Virus record (IMG/VR): IMGVR_UViG_3300043420_000933
Span: 1-61,231 of that record
Source of the DNA: a virus
Taxonomy: Duplodnaviria; Caudoviricetes
DNA length: 61,231 nucleotides
Strand: one strand, 5' to 3'
Position numbers and translations under genes: made by a program
Shown here: positions 56,605 to 61,231 of the stretch, piece after piece
Layout: each line of letters opens with the position of its first letter
Numbering within the stretch: the stretch's first letter is position 1
The notes under the pieces: model-generated
The model's database searches: none
What the model was told of the DNA's origin: nothing
What the model saw: only the letters and a program-made list of their open reading frames with translations

Positions 56605-56844
56605 TTATATTGGTTTTACGTTTGACCCAGGAACCTTTGAAACTTTAGAAAGAACTTCGTTCCAAGAAGGGTTTCTACTGACGTGTTTGCTCAATAAATC
56701 TCCAACCTCTCCAACATTCATTTGTGATGGGATGAGTGGTTTGAGGTGAGGATTTTCTTTGAGATATGGTTCTTTTTCTGCCATATACATCCACTTCTCA
56801 AAAATTTCTCCAGTTTCAGTATTTTCAAATCGGTATGTTGGCAA
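56605..56844 (-). CDS. FmdB-like small conserved phage protein (TTG start)
   Basis: (M)PTYRFENTETGEIFEKWM...WNEVLSKV.KVPGS; GGAGG 7 nt upstream of TTG. Confidence 0.8.
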   Translation of the reverse strand: MPTYRFENTETGEIFEKWMYMAEKEPYLKENPHLKPLIPSQMNVGEVGDLLSKHVSRNPSWNEVLSKVSKVPGSNVKPI

Positions 56845-57250
56845 AATTATACCTCCAAATTTTTTCAATATGATTTAAAAAATTTTCACTATCTAACCTA
56901 TGTTTCATATAATTACATGTTGAACAGCATGGTTTTACATTTAATAATGTATATCCTTTTGAATTTTCTATTCTATCCAGACCATTTATCGGAACTCTTG
57001 TTCCAGCACTCATATGAACTTTTCCTTCTTTTAAAATCGGAGAAGATCCACAGATATAACAATTTTGCTGAACTAAATTAGACCATTCTTCAAATGTTAA
57101 ATCCCAATATATATTTCTATGATTTGGATTTGCATCACATTTTTGAACCGTATAAATTTTTCTCAAGTATGTTTGTTCTGGAATAAGTGTTTTACTATAA
57201 ACTCTTTTTTTAGAATAATTATTAGACCGTTGTTTTTCTTGCAAATCCAT
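56825..57250 (-). mobile_element. HNH-like homing endonuclease
   Basis: CYICG...NGLDRIENSKGY...NVKPCCSTCNYMK. Confidence 0.85.
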
Positions 57251-57257
57251 AATTATT

Positions 57258-57312
57258 AAATAGGTAGGTTACATATATATTTATGTAGAATAAGTATGCA
57301 ACCTACTTATTT
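57258..57312 (-). promoter_or_regulatory. Hairpin upstream of the HNH with CATAAATA late promoter in the loop
   Basis: aaataggtaggttacata / tatgcaacctacttattt; promoter at 57278-57285. Confidence 0.7.
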
Positions 57313-57351
57313 GTTGGGCATAAAGTTATAATTTCAAGATAAATTTATTTA

Positions 57352-58104
57352 TTATGGACTCAAACGAGCACGATGTAATCTTTTTTCTTCATAATACTTC
57401 CAAACATTAGGTGCCCATTTTTGAAGTTCAGGAATAAAACCTTCACATAGTGCTTGAATCTCAAGTTGAGCATCAAGTTTCGAACGAAGATCCATAAAGT
57501 GAAGAACAGAACGAAGATTGAAAGACACTACAAAATTCTGACGAATTGCCTGAGGGAGATAATCACGAATATGTTCTTCACACATTCCCTGCTCATAGTA
57601 ATCAGCATACTCCTTACACTCATCCAGAATACGTTCTAATTTGCGTTGACGATGTTCTTGAGTCCATTCATACTTCTTACCCTTACGATTGGTATAGAAC
57701 CCCTGAGGACGCACATAGAACACTTCTTCAATATCAAGTTCTTTCTTGGCAACTTTTACTACACGCTTACCAGTATAACGCTGAGATTGAACATCCCAAG
57801 AAGTTCCAATACGATGAGTCCTTGCCTGAACAATTACATTATGAACGAATCCAGATACTGAAAAAGTAATTGCAGGGTGCTCCAATGGACCCCAATGCCC
57901 CCTTTCGTTCGCAAGAAGTTGTTCCACAATCCACTCACCACATTCTTGGTGATTAGGTACTTTGACTTCGTGAATAGGAACTTCAGAATAATCTCCTTTT
58001 CCTGCCTGCCAAATTACCTGTTCTGGAATTGGGTAGGATTGCAGTTTTACAACTTGAAGTCTCTTATCAAGTTCCAGAAGATCTTTTGCTTTAATAGGTT
58101 TCAT
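57352..58104 (-). CDS. thyX: Flavin-dependent thymidylate synthase
   Basis: GHWGPLEH, QARTHR.....DVQSQRY, NLRS..HF.DLR...DAQLEI. Confidence 0.92.
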   Translation of the reverse strand: MKPIKAKDLLELDKRLQVVKLQSYPIPEQVIWQAGKGDYSEVPIHEVKVPNHQECGEWIVEQLLANERGHWGPLEHPAITFSVSGFVHNVIVQARTHRIGTSWDVQSQRYTGKRVVKVAKKELDIEEVFYVRPQGFYTNRKGKKYEWTQEHRQRKLERILDECKEYADYYEQGMCEEHIRDYLPQAIRQNFVVSFNLRSVLHFMDLRSKLDAQLEIQALCEGFIPELQKWAPNVWKYYEEKRLHRARLSP

Positions 58105-58268
58105 TTCTTACCAAATCCTTTTGATGTTTTTGATTCTAGTTCTGAGAGTTCTTCTTTCAATGTTCGCAGTTGTTGTTTCATTTCTATAATTTTTTCTTCG
58201 GTATAAAGATGATCTTGTTTTACAAGTCTCTCAAGTAATTTTATAAGTTCTTTTGCTCTGCTAGTCAT
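58101..58268 (-). CDS. Small conserved cyanophage protein (55 aa)
   Basis: Manual translation MTSRAKELIKLLERLVKQDHLY...SKGFGKK. Confidence 0.7.
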   Translation of the reverse strand: MTSRAKELIKLLERLVKQDHLYTEEKIIEMKQQLRTLKEELSELESKTSKGFGKK

Positions 58269-58434
58269 CTAAATCAGAATCCTCAAAAATTTCGTCGTAA
58301 TCTAAAATTGGTCTCTTTCTTACTTCTGGTTCAGTATAAGAGTACGCAGAAACATCAGAATAAACTTCTGCTTTTAGAGAGTCAACCAATAATTCAAGAT
58401 TACGGACTATAAGTTTTAGTTTTTCTTTGTCCAT
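58261..58434 (-). CDS. Small conserved cyanophage protein (57 aa)
   Basis: Manual translation MDKEKLKLIVRNLELLVDSLKAEVYSD...DYDEIFED. Confidence 0.7.
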   Translation of the reverse strand: MDKEKLKLIVRNLELLVDSLKAEVYSDVSAYSYTEPEVRKRPILDYDEIFEDSDLDD

Positions 58435-58455
58435 AAGATACCATTCTCTCTCAAA

Positions 58456-58489
58456 ATTTTAGCATAAAAAGGGGGTTGAATCAACCCCC
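58456..58489 (-). terminator. Terminator hairpin overlapping a sigma70-like promoter
   Basis: gggggttga-a-tcaaccccc plus T-run; TTGATT-17-TAAAAT. Confidence 0.65.
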
Positions 58490-58497
58490 ATTCAAAA

Positions 58498-58755
58498 TTA
58501 TTTTTTTGTTTTTTTATCTTTAACTTGATAATTATATGACTTTGGATTTATCGTTCCTTCTGACCACTTAATATTCATAACACTTCCTTTTCCATATTGA
58601 TCATAATAATTGTCAAATACCTCCACAAAAGAACCTGCCTGAACAATATCATACCTTGTTTCTTTATTTTCTTGATACGTGACCAAATAAGAATTTCTCG
58701 GTAAAGATTTATTATTTGATACAGAAGGATCACAATTTTTATGTATTAAGTGCAT
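58498..58755 (-). CDS. Conserved cyanophage hypothetical protein
   Basis: IHKNCDP......LPRNSYLVTY...FDNYYD.Y...I.WSEG.INPK. Confidence 0.7.
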   Translation of the reverse strand: MHLIHKNCDPSVSNNKSLPRNSYLVTYQENKETRYDIVQAGSFVEVFDNYYDQYGKGSVMNIKWSEGTINPKSYNYQVKDKKTKK

Positions 58756-58757
58756 AA

Positions 58758-59348
58758 TCAACTTCTGTTTCCCCAAGTAATATCAGGATAAGCTTCAGAA
58801 ACTATTTCTTGAGTTAGTTTATATTTTGTTTGTAGTTTTTTATCCTTACAAAGACAAATAATTTCTGCTTCAAGTGGATGCAAACCCTCTAGTAAATTGA
58901 CAAAAATATTTTCTCTCCTAATTCCATTTAAAGAATCATTCCCACCTTTTACAAAATTATAGAGAAGTGTATATTCTTTTCTAAGGGTAGAATATTTTTG
59001 GTCAATTGCCCCAATTGAAGAATCACTCATTTGTTTAATTGAATCTTCAATTCTTTCAGACATCGTAGATGTCTTCATTGTATTATCACCAAAGAAAGGA
59101 ACATCTCCTTCTGGTAAAAGTGAAATTACTGACTCATCAAAATTCCAAATAAAAATTGCCTTTAACGAGTCGTGTTCATATTTTTTAAGAACTTCAACTT
59201 TTTTTGCGTTTGTTCGTTGAGCATTAACAAGATTCAATACTTCAAAAGCAAATGGATTTGCTGGCAATTCAATGTTTTCATTTAAAACTTTTTTTGCTCT
59301 TGAAGTAGGTTTTCTAGTTGTTGTTTTTTCTTTTGTAGTCATTGTCAT
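58758..59348 (-). CDS. Conserved T4-like hypothetical protein
   Basis: FIWNFDESVISLLPEGDVP...FVKGGN...RRENIF..LLEGLHP.EAE. Confidence 0.8.
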   Translation of the reverse strand: MTMTTKEKTTTRKPTSRAKKVLNENIELPANPFAFEVLNLVNAQRTNAKKVEVLKKYEHDSLKAIFIWNFDESVISLLPEGDVPFFGDNTMKTSTMSERIEDSIKQMSDSSIGAIDQKYSTLRKEYTLLYNFVKGGNDSLNGIRRENIFVNLLEGLHPLEAEIICLCKDKKLQTKYKLTQEIVSEAYPDITWGNRS

Positions 59349-59386
59349 AAAATTAATACAGAATTAGATTAATTAAAATTTATTTA

Positions 59387-59626
59387 TCATTCACCATCAT
59401 CGTCATCAGATACATCATCAAAATAGTCTGGTTCAAATCTTACTGAAACAATTTCTTGGTCTATTAACTCACCATTTTTATTGTAAAACTCTGGATGATA
59501 TGCAATTTGTTTTGGTCCTTCTTGGTAGTTCATCATATATTCTCTAGCACTCCACCCAATGAAGAGTCCTACTATAAAAAACAAAACAATTAAAAAAGAA
59601 CCAAATACTAAAGTTATTGCTGACAT
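59387..59626 (-). CDS. Small membrane protein
   Basis: N-terminal TM helix; HPEFY..NG. Confidence 0.7.
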   Translation of the reverse strand: MSAITLVFGSFLIVLFFIVGLFIGWSAREYMMNYQEGPKQIAYHPEFYNKNGELIDQEIVSVRFEPDYFDDVSDDDDGE

Positions 59627-59643
59627 TGTTCTTCTCCGAGAGA

Positions 59644-59835
59644 CTACTTTTTTTTCATTATATCAAATTCAATCTTGAGATGCATCTCTCTTTTGAGTAG
59701 AGAAAATACTTTTTCAAAATTGAATGTTTTTGATATCAATTTTGTTTCTACTTTCTCTTCTCCTTTTTTTCTAAGCATTAATTCAAAACCACGATTAATG
59801 CTATATTTTTCAGAATTATTTATGGACACGATCAA
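59644..59835 (-). CDS. Hypothetical protein
   Basis: INRGFELMLR motif; operon packing. Confidence 0.55.
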   Translation of the reverse strand: MIVSINNSEKYSINRGFELMLRKKGEEKVETKLISKTFNFEKVFSLLKREMHLKIEFDIMKKK

Positions 59836-60080
59836 AGCATACTATTTTCTTGCAAATATGAAATTGTATCAGCGCATCCACCAATATGCTTGTCATTCAA
59901 AATCACTTGAGGAAAAGTTGAACCTTCCCCAAATTCTGCATAAAATTGTTCTCTATTGAAATCTGTATTAAGTTCATAAGAGATAACATCGTATCCCTTT
60001 GACTCACTTAAAAGATTTAAAACCATTTTTACCTTATCACAATAAGGGCAACCTTGCTTTGAATAAATTGTAAAATTCAT
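59832..60080 (-). CDS. nrdC: Glutaredoxin
   Basis: CPYC, STFPQV, IGGC. Confidence 0.92.
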   Translation of the reverse strand: MNFTIYSKQGCPYCDKVKMVLNLLSESKGYDVISYELNTDFNREQFYAEFGEGSTFPQVILNDKHIGGCADTISYLQENSML

Positions 60081-60084
60081 AATA

Positions 60085-60456
60085 CTACCAAACCTTATTT
60101 TTTCTTTGTGGGTACTTATAGAGCACCTGCTCCTGTTTATTTTCCATCCATTTTAGTATAGCACGTCTTTTTTCTTCTGTAAAAAAAATTTGACCTGAAA
60201 ACCAATCTTCCCAATAAGTATGTTTTTTATCTTGATTGCAATTGTGGCAACAACAAACAACATTGTTTGTGAAATCTGTTCCACCTTTTGATCTTGGAAT
60301 AATATGATCAATTGTAAGGTTTTCTTCAGAATCACAATAAGCACATTTATGATTCCAATGTTCTTTAATGTGTTGCCTCCATATTCGTTTTGCTTCCCCA
60401 GAACTTGTCGTGTAAAGATTGAACAAGTACTCTTTGGACGAATGAAGAGGAGTCAT
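60085..60456 (-). CDS. HNH endonuclease
   Basis: CAYC...LTIDHIIPRSKGG...NVVCCCHNCNQDK; hairpin tcataagt/acttatga covers the ATG. Confidence 0.88.
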   Translation of the reverse strand: MTPLHSSKEYLFNLYTTSSGEAKRIWRQHIKEHWNHKCAYCDSEENLTIDHIIPRSKGGTDFTNNVVCCCHNCNQDKKHTYWEDWFSGQIFFTEEKRRAILKWMENKQEQVLYKYPQRKNKVW

Positions 60457-60479
60457 AAGTTACTGCGACTTATGATTAT

Positions 60480-60594
60480 TTATTTGATGATTACAGGTTC
60501 TCCTTGACCTTCTGGAAGTTTGATTTGTGGTAGTTTCTCTAGTTCTTTAACTTCCCAAGATCCACCAACACCACCATCCATATTCACCACAATC
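60480..60594 (-). pseudogene. Probable 3-prime gene fragment
   Basis: IVVNMDGGVGGSWEVKELEKLPQIKLPEGQGEPVIIK* without a convincing 5-prime part. Confidence 0.4.
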
Positions 60595-60688
60595 AAACAT
60601 GTTCACTATTCAACTCCGAGTGGTTTTATGTACGAATACTGGGGAGACTGATCCTTACAGAACTCATTCGTCGTTTAGTTCTTATGAC

Positions 60689-60745
60689 GGACAGTAATAG
60701 GACTGTCCACCACTGACCCCACTGACCTATAAAGTCCAGTAGAAT
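60689..60745 (+). promoter_or_regulatory. Palindrome-box promoter (perfect copy)
   Basis: GGACAGT-aatagg-ACTGTCC (60689-60708), 31 bp to TAGAAT. Confidence 0.7.
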
Positions 60746-60769
60746 ACTGTTGTCAAATTAAACTGCCAA

Positions 60770-60961
60770 ATGAAAAGAAATCTTGTTATTGCATTTGTCA
60801 TTTCCCAGATTGTTGAACTTGGAATCTTCTGGTTGATTTCTGGTCAAAATCTCAATATTTTCTTTGCATTAGTTGGAGTTGATCTCATTCTCACTGCAAT
60901 TTTCTGTAGGGAACAACTCAACAATTTTGTTTCTATTCTTCTGAACAATGAACAAAATTGA
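60770..60961 (+). CDS. Small two-TM membrane protein
   Basis: Two hydrophobic segments; follows the promoter. Confidence 0.55.
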   Translation: MKRNLVIAFVISQIVELGIFWLISGQNLNIFFALVGVDLILTAIFCREQLNNFVSILLNNEQN

Positions 60962-61231
60962 ACTAGCACAAAACCCAAACACACCACAAGAAACATTAAA
61001 AGTCCTTGCGACTGATGAGTATTATAGTGTTCGTCGTTGGATAGCAGAAAACCCAAACACACCACAAGAAACATTAAAAGTCCTTGCGACTGATGAGAAT
61101 TATTGTGTTCGTTATTGGGTAGCACAAAACCCAAACACACCACAAGAAACATTAAAAGTCCTTGCGACTGATGAGAGTTCTTATGTTCGTTGTTGGGTAG
61201 CAGTAAACCCAAACACATCACAAGAGATCTT
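60948..61231 (+). CDS. LRV (leucine-rich repeat variant / HEAT-like) repeat protein, truncated by window end
   Basis: MNKIEL-[AxNPNTPQETLKVLATDExxxVRxW(I/V)]n; not in ORF track. Confidence 0.85.
   Translation, partial: MNKIELAQNPNTPQETLKVLATDEYYSVRRWIAENPNTPQETLKVLATDENYCVRYWVAQNPNTPQETLKVLATDESSYVRCWVAVNPNTSQEI
60966..61231 (+). repeat. 78-bp tandem repeat, at least 3.4 copies
   Basis: Units start at 60966, 61044, 61122, 61200. Confidence 0.95.

Noticed and set aside
60844-61221. Minus-strand repeat ORF
   Set aside because: Antisense of the LRV repeat gene
60966-61231. CRISPR array (constant 48 nt plus variable 30 nt)
   Set aside because: The variable parts are homologous to each other, the period is a multiple of 3 with an open LRV frame, and no cas genes are present
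1-61231. tRNA, rRNA, self-splicing introns, inteins, integrase
   Set aside because: No cloverleaf, intron core or intein motifs recognised by eye; tRNAscan-SE and Infernal would be needed to exclude them formally

Overview
A 61-kb segment of a T4-like (myovirus) cyanophage genome, most likely a freshwater type, encoded almost entirely on the minus strand. Left to right it holds: (1) a late-expressed cluster of small basic proteins that start with a T4 internal-head-protein-like tag (MKTF/YxEF), (2) early hypothetical genes, (3) the cobS-like AAA+ ATPase and its VWA/peptidase partner, (4) very large tail-fibre/virion genes with a GC-richer LamG-type cassette, (5) the baseplate module (gp5, gp27-like, gp29-like hydrolases, gp51, gp26, gp54-like, gp4, gp2, gp48, split gp53) with cp12 embedded, (6) gp32, gp59, gp33, exonuclease, phoH, thyX and glutaredoxin, and (7) a truncated LRV-repeat gene. 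Four intact HNH genes and several endonuclease remnants are interspersed. The most notable unexplained signals are the capsid-targeted cargo cassette (including a GNAT, an HNH-like domain and an empty tag), a 7-6-7 palindrome lying exactly 31 bp upstream of a -10 box at four promoters, a hypervariable LRV repeat array, an apparently circularly permuted amidase, and endonuclease insertions that rebuilt the gene ends and promoters they interrupted. No tRNA, rRNA, CRISPR array or reverse transcriptase was recognised. All family calls come from motif recognition by eye, not database searches.
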